The notes beneath the pieces were generated by a model. That model saw nothing but the letters and a program-made list of their open reading frames with translations, was not told where the DNA came from and did not search any database. Shown one piece after another: positions 15,948 through 25,006 of a stretch of DNA of 64,000 nucleotides. A program made the translations under genes and the position numbers. This stretch comes from Parcubacteria bacterium GBS-2 (GTDB lineage Bacteria > Patescibacteriota > Minisyncoccia > Minisyncoccales > GBS-2): NCBI GenBank assembly GCA_001443025.1, contig LEKP01000004.1:27560-91559 (forward strand). Direction: 5' to 3'. Position 1 is the first letter of the stretch. The number at the start of each line of letters is the position of its first letter.

Positions 15948-17196
15948 AAAAATTAGGCTCGAAAACGGGTTAAGGATTATTACCGTTCCTTCCAAAGGCA
16001 CTCAGACAGTGACAGTTTTGGTTTTGGTCGGGACCGGTTCAAAGTATGAAAAAAAGGAAGAAAATGGAATTTCTCATTTCTTAGAGCACATGTACTTTAA
16101 AGGAACAAAAAAAAGGCCTTCTTCCCTTGAGGTTGCGGAGGCTTTAGATAAAGTTGGAGGAATTTATAATGCTTTTACTTCTCAAGAATACACTGGATAC
16201 TTTGCGAAAGTTTCAAAAGAGCATTTTAATTTAGCTTTAGATTGGGTTTCGGATATCTTTTTGAATTCAACTTTGCCAGAAAAAGAAATAGAGAAAGAAA
16301 GAGGGGTAATCATCGAAGAGATCAATATGAGAAAAGATCATCCAATGGAACATGTTCAAGTTTTATGGCAAAAAGTTTTGTATGGCGACCAACCTGCTGG
16401 TTGGGATATTGCGGGGACGGTGGAAACGGTGAGCAGAATTTCAAGAAAAGATTTAATCAAGTATAGAGACACTCATTATGTAGCATCCAATACAATTGTT
16501 TGTTTAGCAGGGAATTTTAACGAAAGATTGGGTGTTGAAAAAGTAAAAAAATACTTCTCAAAAATTAGAATAGGAAAAAGTCGAGAAAAACCAAAAGTAA
16601 TCGAGAAACAAAATAAACCAGAGATTTTATTCGAAAAAAGAGATACTGACCAAACTCATATTTGTCTTGGAGTAAGGGGGTTTAATCTGTTTGATGAGAG
16701 AAGATACGTTCAAGAAATTTTAGGACTAATTTTGGGAGGGATGATGAGCTCGAGGCTGTTTGAGAAGATTAGGACAAAACTAGGCATTGCATATTATATT
16801 GAAACCGAAGCCTTTTCTGATCCCGATACAGGATATTTAGTTACCAGGGCTGGATTGAGTAATGAAAAATTAGAAGAAGGAATTTCAGAAATTTTAAAAG
16901 AGTATAAAAAAATTAAAAGAGATGGAGTATCAAAATATGAGTTAAAAAAGGCAAAAGATTACATAAAAGGAAAAATAAACATTTTATTGGAATCATCTGA
17001 TGCAAAGGCTTCCTTTTTTGCATTTCAAGAGATTTTAGAAAAGAAAATTTCAACGCCAAAGGAAATTTTTGCAAAAATAGACAAAGTTTCTCGAAATGAT
17101 ATTCTAAAATTAGCGCGGGAAATTTTCAAACCGGAAAAATTAAATCTGGCCTTAATTGGTCCTAAAGGAGTTAAACAAGAAATCTTAAAACTATGA
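15940..17196 (+). CDS. M16-family (pitrilysin-like) zinc peptidase
   Basis: Inverted zinc motif GISHFLEHMYFKGT (HxxEH) and a 418-aa two-domain length. Confidence 0.85.
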   Translation: MFKKIRLENGLRIITVPSKGTQTVTVLVLVGTGSKYEKKEENGISHFLEHMYFKGTKKRPSSLEVAEALDKVGGIYNAFTSQEYTGYFAKVSKEHFNLALDWVSDIFLNSTLPEKEIEKERGVIIEEINMRKDHPMEHVQVLWQKVLYGDQPAGWDIAGTVETVSRISRKDLIKYRDTHYVASNTIVCLAGNFNERLGVEKVKKYFSKIRIGKSREKPKVIEKQNKPEILFEKRDTDQTHICLGVRGFNLFDERRYVQEILGLILGGMMSSRLFEKIRTKLGIAYYIETEAFSDPDTGYLVTRAGLSNEKLEEGISEILKEYKKIKRDGVSKYELKKAKDYIKGKINILLESSDAKASFFAFQEILEKKISTPKEIFAKIDKVSRNDILKLAREIFKPEKLNLALIGPKGVKQEILKL

Positions 17197-18200
17197 AAAG
17201 TGAAAGAATTTTAGACCTTTCTTGGGATACAATTTTCAAAATTGGTGCTTTTTTATTTCTGATTTATCTGCTTTTTTTGGTCAAAGATATTCTAATTTTA
17301 GTCCTTTTCGCTTTTCTTCTTTCCTTTTTAGTTGAACCTGCTATTTCATTTTTAGAAAAAAGAGGAATCTCAAGAGGTATTTCCACTCTGTGTATTTATT
17401 TGTCCATTTTTTTTCTTTTTGGTACCTTAACCTTTTTTTTGGTTTCGCCTCTTTTTTCAGAATCACAAAAGTTTATAAAATCTATTCCTGAATATTTCGA
17501 GAAAATTTCTCCTACTCTAAAAACCTTCGGAATTTTGGCATCAGAAAACTTAGAAGATTTATTAAAAACATTTCAGGAATGGTTGATTAGGGCTTCCAAG
17601 AGTATTTTTTCTGCGATTTTTGCAATTTTTGGAGGAATTTTTTCAACTTTAACTGTTTTTTTTCTTTCTGTATTTATTTCTCTTGAAAAAGGAATTGGCG
17701 AAAAGGTGATTAGGTTTTTATTTCCTCAATTAAAAGGAGAAGAATTTTTGGGGGTGTTTGAAAATTGTCAAAAAAAGGTTTCCGCTTGGTTTGGGGCTAA
17801 AATTTTAGGATGTCTTTTTGTGTTCTTTTTGACCTTAATTTCACTCTGGGTCTTTAAGGTTGAATATTCATTTTCTTTAAGTTTATTAGCAGGTTTTTTG
17901 AACCTTATTCCGATCTTAGGTCCACTTTTGGCGGGGGCTCTAATTTTTTTAATTCCTCTTTTAAGCTCTCTTCAAAAAGCAATTTTTTCTCTTTTAGCTT
18001 TCGTTTTGATTCAAATAATTGAAGGAAACATTTTAATGCCGATTTTAACCAAAAAAATCGTTGGTCTATCTCCATTTTTTACTCTTTTGTCTGTACTAAT
18101 TGGAGGGAAAATTTTGGGATTTTGGGGAATGTTTTTTTCAATTCCCTTAACTGCAATGATTATTGAGGTGGCAAAAGAACTATCCAAAAGAAGAGAATAA
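17193..18200 (+). CDS. AI-2E family transporter (PerM/UPF0118-like permease)
   Basis: About 8 predicted TM helices. The overall pattern, and the C-terminal GLSPFFTLLSVLIGGKILGFWGMFFSIPL, are typical of the family. Confidence 0.75.
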   Translation: MKSERILDLSWDTIFKIGAFLFLIYLLFLVKDILILVLFAFLLSFLVEPAISFLEKRGISRGISTLCIYLSIFFLFGTLTFFLVSPLFSESQKFIKSIPEYFEKISPTLKTFGILASENLEDLLKTFQEWLIRASKSIFSAIFAIFGGIFSTLTVFFLSVFISLEKGIGEKVIRFLFPQLKGEEFLGVFENCQKKVSAWFGAKILGCLFVFFLTLISLWVFKVEYSFSLSLLAGFLNLIPILGPLLAGALIFLIPLLSSLQKAIFSLLAFVLIQIIEGNILMPILTKKIVGLSPFFTLLSVLIGGKILGFWGMFFSIPLTAMIIEVAKELSKRRE

Positions 18201-18880
18201 TGCCAAATTTATACGTTGTAGCAACTCCAATCGGGAATTTGGAAGATATAAGTTTAAGAGCCTTAAGGATTTTAAAAGAGGTAGATTTGATTTTATGCGA
18301 AGATACTAGAGTTACAAGAAAATTGCTTGCTCGATATCAAATTAAAAAGATTCTCGTGAGTTATCATCAGCATTCAAAACTTCAAAAATTAGATTACATA
18401 ATTTCGCTTTTAGAAAGTGGAAAAAACTTAGCTTTAGTTTCTGATTCGGGCACGCCTGGGGTGTGTGACCCAGGCAATGAATTAATTAAAGAAGTGATTA
18501 ACAGATTGGGGGAAAAAGTCAAAATTATTCCGATTCCTGGACCTTCTGCTCTAACTTGTGCGATTTCAATCTCTGGCTTTCCAATGGATAGGTTTTTGTT
18601 TCTTGGTTTTTTACCCAAAAAAAGAAAAAGAAAAGAAATTCTAGAAAAAATTACAAAATCCGAGTACCCGGTAGTTTTTTTCGAACCACCTTATCGAATC
18701 CTAAAAACGCTCAAAGAAATAGAAAGCTTAGAAAAAAATTTGGAAATAGTGGTTTGCAAAGAATTGACTAAAAAATTTGAAACAGTTTATCGGGGAAAAA
18801 TTGGGAAAGTAATTGAAGAAATGAAGAAAAATCCGATAAAAGGAGAATTTGTAGTAATTATCAGAAATTTATTAGAATAA
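18200..18880 (+). CDS. rsmI: 16S rRNA (cytidine1402-2'-O)-methyltransferase
   Basis: LYVVATPIGNLEDISLRALRIL and SDSGTPGVCDPG, with the tetrapyrrole-methylase fold typical of RsmI. Confidence 0.9.
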   Translation: MPNLYVVATPIGNLEDISLRALRILKEVDLILCEDTRVTRKLLARYQIKKILVSYHQHSKLQKLDYIISLLESGKNLALVSDSGTPGVCDPGNELIKEVINRLGEKVKIIPIPGPSALTCAISISGFPMDRFLFLGFLPKKRKRKEILEKITKSEYPVVFFEPPYRILKTLKEIESLEKNLEIVVCKELTKKFETVYRGKIGKVIEEMKKNPIKGEFVVIIRNLLE

Positions 18881-18898
18881 AAAATTAGAAGAACAAAA

Positions 18899-20329
18899 AT
18901 GAAAAGAAAATTTTATGTTACAACTGCGATAGATTACGTAAACGATAGAGTTCATTTGGGTCATTCTTTAGAAAAAATTCAGGCTGATGTTTTAGCAAGA
19001 TATCATCGGATATTAGACGATGACGTTTTTTTCTTAACAGGGACAGATGAAAATGCTCAAAAGAATGTTTTGGCAGCTGAAAAGGAAGGAATTTCACCCA
19101 AAGAATTTGTTGACCAAAACGCAAATTTTGCAAAAACACTTTGGAAAAAATTTAACATTTCTTTTAACTATTTTGTTCGAACTACCAACAAACGAATCCA
19201 TTGGCCAGGGGTAAAAAAACTTTGGTTAAAATGCAAAGAAAGTGGGGATATTTACAAAAAAAATTACACTGGATTTTATTGCTTAGGTTGTGAAGCCTTT
19301 TTAAGAGAAACAGATTTAAAAAATGGTCTTTGCCCTTATCATCTTAAAAAACCAGAAATAATTTCAGAAGAAAACTATTTTTTTCGACTTTCAAGGTATC
19401 AAAAGGATTTAGAAAAAATAATCGAGAAAGACGAAATTGAAATTTTCCCTAGAGAAAGGAAAAATGAAATTTTAAATTTCGTTAAGTCGGGGTTGGAGGA
19501 CTTTAGTATTTCAAGACCGAGAGAAAGAATGAGAGGATGGGGAATTCCAGTGCCAAACGACAAATCTCAGATAATTTATGTTTGGTTTGACGCTTTAACA
19601 AATTATATTTCAGCAATAGGCTATGGAAGAGATGAAAAGCTTTTTAAGAAATATTGGCCAGCAGACTTACACATTATTGGAAAAGATATTTTGAAGTTTC
19701 ATGCAGTCTATTGGCCTGCAATGCTTCTTTCTGCAAAACTTGAACTTCCAAGAAAAATTTTAGTTCACGGATTTATCACTGTCGCAGGGCAAAAAATGTC
19801 AAAAAGCTTAGGAAATGTTATTAATCCTTTAGAGATAATTGAAAAATATGGAACAGATTCCTTAAGGTATTTTCTTTTGAGAGAATCTCCTCCTTTCGAA
19901 GATTTAGATTTTACCTTAGAAAAATTTAAAAAAAGATATAATTCAGATTTAGCCACAGGAATTGGGAATTTGGTGTTGAGAGTAATAGGTTTAGCAAACA
20001 AACTTAAATTTTCAAACTCAAAACCGAAAATCAAGGATCAAAAATTAAAATCAGAAATTGCGAAAACAAAAAGGGCATGGAAAAAATCTTTAGAAGAATT
20101 TAGATTCAACGAATCTTTGGCGATTGTTTGGAGTTTAATTTCTTTCTGTGACAAATTTCTTCAAGAAAAGAAACCATGGGAAACAAAAGAAAAAAAAGTT
20201 GTTTCTGATTTAATAACCGCATTGGCAGAGATTGCAAAATTAATTGAGCCATTTCTGCCAGAAACTTCAGAAAAAATTTTGAAACAAATAAAGAATAAAA
20301 AACCAATAGTTCTCTTTCCAAAAGCTTGA
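18899..20329 (+). CDS. metG: Methionyl-tRNA synthetase (short form, without the C-terminal tRNA-binding domain)
   Basis: YVTTAIDYVNDRVHLGHSLE (HIGH-like), zinc knuckle CLGC...CPYH, and GQKMSKSLGN. Confidence 0.93.
   Translation: MKRKFYVTTAIDYVNDRVHLGHSLEKIQADVLARYHRILDDDVFFLTGTDENAQKNVLAAEKEGISPKEFVDQNANFAKTLWKKFNISFNYFVRTTNKRIHWPGVKKLWLKCKESGDIYKKNYTGFYCLGCEAFLRETDLKNGLCPYHLKKPEIISEENYFFRLSRYQKDLEKIIEKDEIEIFPRERKNEILNFVKSGLEDFSISRPRERMRGWGIPVPNDKSQIIYVWFDALTNYISAIGYGRDEKLFKKYWPADLHIIGKDILKFHAVYWPAMLLSAKLELPRKILVHGFITVAGQKMSKSLGNVINPLEIIEKYGTDSLRYFLLRESPPFEDLDFTLEKFKKRYNSDLATGIGNLVLRVIGLANKLKFSNSKPKIKDQKLKSEIAKTKRAWKKSLEEFRFNESLAIVWSLISFCDKFLQEKKPWETKEKKVVSDLITALAEIAKLIEPFLPETSEKILKQIKNKKPIVLFPKA
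20014..20055 (+). repeat. Heptanucleotide-periodic tract inside metG
   Basis: AAACTCA AAACCGA AAATCAA GGATCAA AAATTAA AATCAGA, encoding NSKPKIKDQKLKSE. Confidence 0.75.
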
Positions 20330-20344
20330 GATTAAAATATAAAC

Positions 20345-22822
20345 ATGAAATACTCTCCTCAAAAAATTGAAAGAAAGTGGCAAAAAATTTGGGAGAGAAA
20401 GAAAATTTATAAAACCAAAGATGTCCAAAAAAAGTCAAAGTTTTATTGTTTGGACATGTTTCCCTATCCTTCAGGGGCAGGTCTTCATGTTGGCCATTTG
20501 CGAGGTTACATTGCTACCGATGTAATTTCGAGGATGAAAATGATGCAAGGTTTTAACGTTTTGCATCCAATGGGTTGGGATGCTTTTGGATTGCCAGCTG
20601 AAAACTATGCAATTCAACACAAAATTCACCCCGAAGTTGCAGTAAGGCGGAACATCAAAAATTTTAAAAAACAACTTTCAAAAATTGGATTCACTTACGA
20701 TTGGGAAAGGGAAATTAATACTACTGACCCTACTTATTACAAATGGACCCAATGGATTTTTTTACAGCTGTTTAAAGCAGGTTTAGTTTATGAAAGCTTC
20801 GAACCTATAAATTGGTGTCCTTCTTGCAAAACGGGTTTGGCAAACGAAGATCTAGAAAGGGGAAGATGCGAAAGATGTGGATCAAGGGTTGAAAAAAGAC
20901 CGCTTAGGCAATGGGTAATAAAAATTACAAAGTATGCTGATAGGCTTTTAAAAGATTTAAAGTATTTGAATTGGCCAGAACACATTGTAAAAATGCAAAA
21001 AGATTGGATTGGGAAATCTGAGGGAGTTGAATTTGAAATGAAGGTTTTCAAAGGAAAAAGAGAACTCAAAGAAAAAATCAAAATTTTCACAACCAGGATC
21101 GATACTGTTTTCGGAATGACTTATGTCGTTTTAGCTCCAGAAAATAAGATTTTGGAAAAGATAAAAGATAAAATTGAAAACTGGAAGGAAATTGAAAAGT
21201 ACAAAAAAGAAGTAGAGGCAAAACTGGTTGAAGAAAGAGAAAAAGAGAAAACTGGAATTAAAATTAAAGGAATTTTAGCCGAAAATCCTTTTAATAAAGA
21301 AAAGGTTCCAATTTTTGTCTCAGAGTATGTCCTGGCAGATTATGCAACAGGATCGGTAATGGGAGTCCCTGCCCATGATAAAAGAGATTTTGAATTTGCA
21401 AAAAAATTCAATCTGCCAATAAGGAAAGTAATTGAGGGAGGGCAAAAAGAAGGGGAATGTTATGAAGGGGAAGGAATTTTGGTAAATTCTGGAGAGTTTT
21501 CAGGATTGAACTCAACTCAGGCAAAAGAGAAAATGGCTCAATGGTTAAAAGAAAGAAAAATTGGAGGAAAAAAGGTTTATTACAAAATCAGAGATTGGGT
21601 TTTTGCAAGACAAAGATACTGGGGAGAGCCATTTCCATTAGTTTTTTGCGAAAATTGTAAAAAGAAAATTTTAGAAGGGAAATATAAAAAAGGAGAATTC
21701 AACAAAGGAGAATTATTAAACCCTGGCTGGATTTGCGTTCCAGAAAAAGAGCTTCCGGTTAAGCTTCCAAAAGTTAAATATTATGAGCCCACTGGGACTG
21801 GAGAATCCCCTCTAGCAAAAATTGAAAAATGGGTAAAAACAAAATGTCCAAAATGCGGTTTTGTTGCAAGAAGGGAAACAAACACAATGCCACAGTGGGC
21901 AGGATCTTGTTGGTACTATTTGAGATATATTGATCCTAAGAATAAGAGAGAATTAATTTCAAAGAAAAAAGAAAAGTATTGGATGCCAGTTGATTTATAT
22001 GTTGGGGGAGTAGAACACGCCACTAGACATTTAATCTACGCCAGATTTTGGCATAAATTCTTGTACGATATTGGAGTAATTTCAACAAAAGAGCCCTTTC
22101 TGAGATTAAGATCGGTTGGCGTGATTTTGGGCCCAGATGGAAGAAAAATGTCAAAAAGATATGGTAACGTTGTTAATCCAGACGATGTTTGTAAAAAACT
22201 CGGAGCAGATTCCCTGAGAGTTTACGAAATGTTTATGGGACCTTTTGATCAAGAAATCACTTGGCAAGAAAGAGGAGTAGTTGGAGCTAGGAGATTTTTA
22301 GAAAAGATTTGGAAATTAAAATCAAAGATTGTGAATTGTAAATTGCAAATTGATAAAAGAAAGGAGATTTTGAAAATCTTACATCAAACCATAAAGAAAG
22401 TAACTGAAGATATTGAAACTTTTAAATTTAATACCGCAATTTCTCAATTAATGGTTTGTGCAAATAGAATTGAAAAAGAAGAGAAAATAGAAAAAGAAAT
22501 TTTTGAAAACTATTTGAAACTTTTAGCACCATTTGCTCCTCATATTGCAGAAGAAATCTGGCAAATTTTAGGACATAAAAAGTCGATATTTTTAAGTCCG
22601 TGGCCAAAATGGAATAAGAAGTTGGTGAAAGAAGAAATGATTACTTTAATAATTCAAGTTAATGGAAAGGTGAGAGATAAAATTGAAGTCGAAGCTAGCG
22701 TTTCAGAAGAAAAGGCGAAAGAATTAGCCTTTTCTAGTGAAAAAATCAAAAAGTGGATAGAAGGAAAAGAAATAAAAAAAGTCGTTTTTGTTCCTGGGAA
22801 ATTGATTAACCTAGTTGTATGA
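20345..22822 (+). CDS. leuS: Leucyl-tRNA synthetase
   Basis: FPYPSGAGLHVGHLRGY, zinc motifs CPSC...CERCGS, the CP1 editing domain, and GRKMSKRYGN. Confidence 0.96.
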   Translation: MKYSPQKIERKWQKIWERKKIYKTKDVQKKSKFYCLDMFPYPSGAGLHVGHLRGYIATDVISRMKMMQGFNVLHPMGWDAFGLPAENYAIQHKIHPEVAVRRNIKNFKKQLSKIGFTYDWEREINTTDPTYYKWTQWIFLQLFKAGLVYESFEPINWCPSCKTGLANEDLERGRCERCGSRVEKRPLRQWVIKITKYADRLLKDLKYLNWPEHIVKMQKDWIGKSEGVEFEMKVFKGKRELKEKIKIFTTRIDTVFGMTYVVLAPENKILEKIKDKIENWKEIEKYKKEVEAKLVEEREKEKTGIKIKGILAENPFNKEKVPIFVSEYVLADYATGSVMGVPAHDKRDFEFAKKFNLPIRKVIEGGQKEGECYEGEGILVNSGEFSGLNSTQAKEKMAQWLKERKIGGKKVYYKIRDWVFARQRYWGEPFPLVFCENCKKKILEGKYKKGEFNKGELLNPGWICVPEKELPVKLPKVKYYEPTGTGESPLAKIEKWVKTKCPKCGFVARRETNTMPQWAGSCWYYLRYIDPKNKRELISKKKEKYWMPVDLYVGGVEHATRHLIYARFWHKFLYDIGVISTKEPFLRLRSVGVILGPDGRKMSKRYGNVVNPDDVCKKLGADSLRVYEMFMGPFDQEITWQERGVVGARRFLEKIWKLKSKIVNCKLQIDKRKEILKILHQTIKKVTEDIETFKFNTAISQLMVCANRIEKEEKIEKEIFENYLKLLAPFAPHIAEEIWQILGHKKSIFLSPWPKWNKKLVKEEMITLIIQVNGKVRDKIEVEASVSEEKAKELAFSSEKIKKWIEGKEIKKVVFVPGKLINLVV
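22325..22359 (+). repeat. Heptanucleotide-periodic tract inside leuS
   Basis: AAGATTG TGAATTG TAAATTG CAAATTG ATAAAAG, encoding KIVNCKLQIDK. Confidence 0.8.
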
Positions 22823-23157
22823 AGCTTAAACAACTTTAAATTTAACTTAAAACAATGAAGTTGGGTAAAAATATATTCGGGGTTATGAGATTAAAAAATC
22901 GGGTTTGAAAAGTCAAAAAGTTTTAATTTAGTATATTGTAAATTCAGAACTTTGTATTATTGATAAGTAGAATTCTATAATGGTCAGAGAAACTAAAGGA
23001 AATTAATCCTTTAATTTTCAAAAATGAAATTTATCAGCCATAAAAAATAAAAAAATATTTCCAAAAAGAGACTCAAAGTTATCTAAAAAGAAAAATAAAA
23101 TGAGATGAAACCTCTTTTTTATTTTTGAAATTTTTGCTAATATAAAAAAGTATTTCC

Positions 23158-24966
23158 ATGTGTGGGATTGTTGGATACATCGGAGACAAAGAAGTCTTGC
23201 CTATTTTAATTGAAGGTTTAAGAAGGGAAAGCTACAGAGGATACGATTCTAGCGGTGTTTTTATTTTAAAAGGTAAAGAGGGGATTTTAGTTAGATCTGT
23301 TGGTAAATTGGAAAATTTGGAAAAAAAATTAGAAGGAATAAAAATCGAAGGAAACATTGGCATAGGGCACATAAGATGGGCAACCCATGGTGGAGTAACA
23401 GAAGACAATGCCCATCCCCATTTTGATTGCAAAAAAGAGGTTTTTTTAGTTCATAATGGGATAATTGAAAATTATAAAGAGTTAAAGGAAAAACTGATCG
23501 AAGAAGGACATAATTTTACCTCAGAAACAGACACTGAAGTGATGTGCCATTTAATTGAGAAATATTTTAATGGAAACTTAGAAGAAACTGTCAGAAAAAT
23601 GATAAAAGAAATTAGGGGAGCTTATGCGATTGCAGTAATTTCAAAAAAAGATCCTCAAAAAATTGTCGCTGCAAGAATGTCTTCTCCTTTGCTTTTGGGG
23701 ATAAACAAAGATGAGTTTTTGGTTGCTTCTGATCCTGCAGCGATTTTAATCAGGACAAGACAGGTTATAAATTTGGACGATGGAGAAATTGCAGTTTTAA
23801 AACCTAACGATTTTTTCATTCTGAAAGAAAAACCAATCCAACTAATTGAATGGACGCCAGAGGAAGCAGAAAAAGGAGGATACCCTCACTTTATGCTAAA
23901 AGAAATCTTTGAAGAACCTGAAGCAATAGAAAATGCAATTCGAGGAAGGTTAATACCTGAAGAGGGAAATGTGAAATTGGGAGGACTAGAGAACGTGGAA
24001 GATAGACTGAGAGAAATTAAGCGTCTGTTTTTAGTAGCTTGCGGGACCTCTTTTTATGCTGCAAAAGTTGGAGAAATAATGTTTCAAGAATATGCTGGTA
24101 TAGATGCCAAAGCAGAAGTTGCTTCAGAATTCAGGTACAAAAAGCAAGCTTTGGATGAAAATACTGCTGCAATTTTCATTTCTCAATCTGGGGAAACTGC
24201 AGATACTTTAGCAGCTCTAAGAGAAATGAAGAAAAAGGGAATTTTGTGCTTGGGGATTACAAACGTAGTTGGATCTTCTCAGGCAAGGGAAACAGATGCT
24301 GGTGTTTACACGAGATCTGGTCCTGAAGCAGCAGTTGCAGCGACAAAATCCTTTTTGGGGCAAATTTCTGTTTTAGCAATGATGACAGTGTTTTTTGGAA
24401 GACAAAGGGAAATGAGTTTGGTGATGGGAAAAAGAATTGTTACTGAATTGGCAAAAATTCCAGTTTTGGCAAAAGAAGTTTTAAAAAAGGCTCCAGAAAT
24501 TGAAAAATTGGCAAAAAAATATAAAGAGTTTAAAAATTTTTGGTTTATCGGAAGAAAATACAATTTTCCGATTGCCCTAGAGGGAGCCTTAAAATTAAAA
24601 GAAATTTCTTATTTACATGCAGAAGGAATTTGCGGTGGAGAATTAAAACATGGCTCTTTAGCTCTAGTCGATGAAAATTTTCCAACCGTTGCTATTTGTC
24701 CTTCAGATTCTGTATATGATAAAATGGTTTCAAACATTCAGGAGGTTAAGGCGAGAAATGGGCCAGTAATAGCGGTTGCCACAGAGGGTAATGAAGAAAT
24801 TAAAAAATTGGTTGACGATGTAATTTATATCCCAAAAACTTTAGAAATGTTAACTCCGATGCTTTCTGTAATGCCACTTCACCTGTTCGCTTATTACATG
24901 GCAGTTTTACTAGGCCATGATGTCGATAAACCAAGGAATTTAGCCAAATCAGTCACCGTGGAATGA
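23158..24966 (+). CDS. glmS: Glutamine--fructose-6-phosphate aminotransferase
   Basis: N-terminal MCGIVGYIG (Ntn Cys), two SIS domains, and a C-terminal KPRNLAKSVTVE. Confidence 0.97.
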   Translation: MCGIVGYIGDKEVLPILIEGLRRESYRGYDSSGVFILKGKEGILVRSVGKLENLEKKLEGIKIEGNIGIGHIRWATHGGVTEDNAHPHFDCKKEVFLVHNGIIENYKELKEKLIEEGHNFTSETDTEVMCHLIEKYFNGNLEETVRKMIKEIRGAYAIAVISKKDPQKIVAARMSSPLLLGINKDEFLVASDPAAILIRTRQVINLDDGEIAVLKPNDFFILKEKPIQLIEWTPEEAEKGGYPHFMLKEIFEEPEAIENAIRGRLIPEEGNVKLGGLENVEDRLREIKRLFLVACGTSFYAAKVGEIMFQEYAGIDAKAEVASEFRYKKQALDENTAAIFISQSGETADTLAALREMKKKGILCLGITNVVGSSQARETDAGVYTRSGPEAAVAATKSFLGQISVLAMMTVFFGRQREMSLVMGKRIVTELAKIPVLAKEVLKKAPEIEKLAKKYKEFKNFWFIGRKYNFPIALEGALKLKEISYLHAEGICGGELKHGSLALVDENFPTVAICPSDSVYDKMVSNIQEVKARNGPVIAVATEGNEEIKKLVDDVIYIPKTLEMLTPMLSVMPLHLFAYYMAVLLGHDVDKPRNLAKSVTVE

Positions 24967-24968
24967 AG

Positions 24969-24997
24969 CTCCACTGCTACGTAGCAATGGAGTTTTT
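24969..24997 (+). terminator. Rho-independent terminator after glmS
   Basis: CTCCACTGCTAC/GTAGCAATGGAG inverted repeat with one mismatch, followed by T5. Confidence 0.75.
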
Positions 24998-25006
24998 ATC
25001 AAATTT

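Noticed and set aside
22823-23157. Possible glmS ribozyme in the 335-bp gap upstream of glmS.
   Set aside because: The gap is extremely AT-rich. It lacks the conserved GC-rich core and pseudoknot segments of the glmS ribozyme (no AGCGCC/GGCGC-type P1/P2 elements, no GACGAGG-like core).
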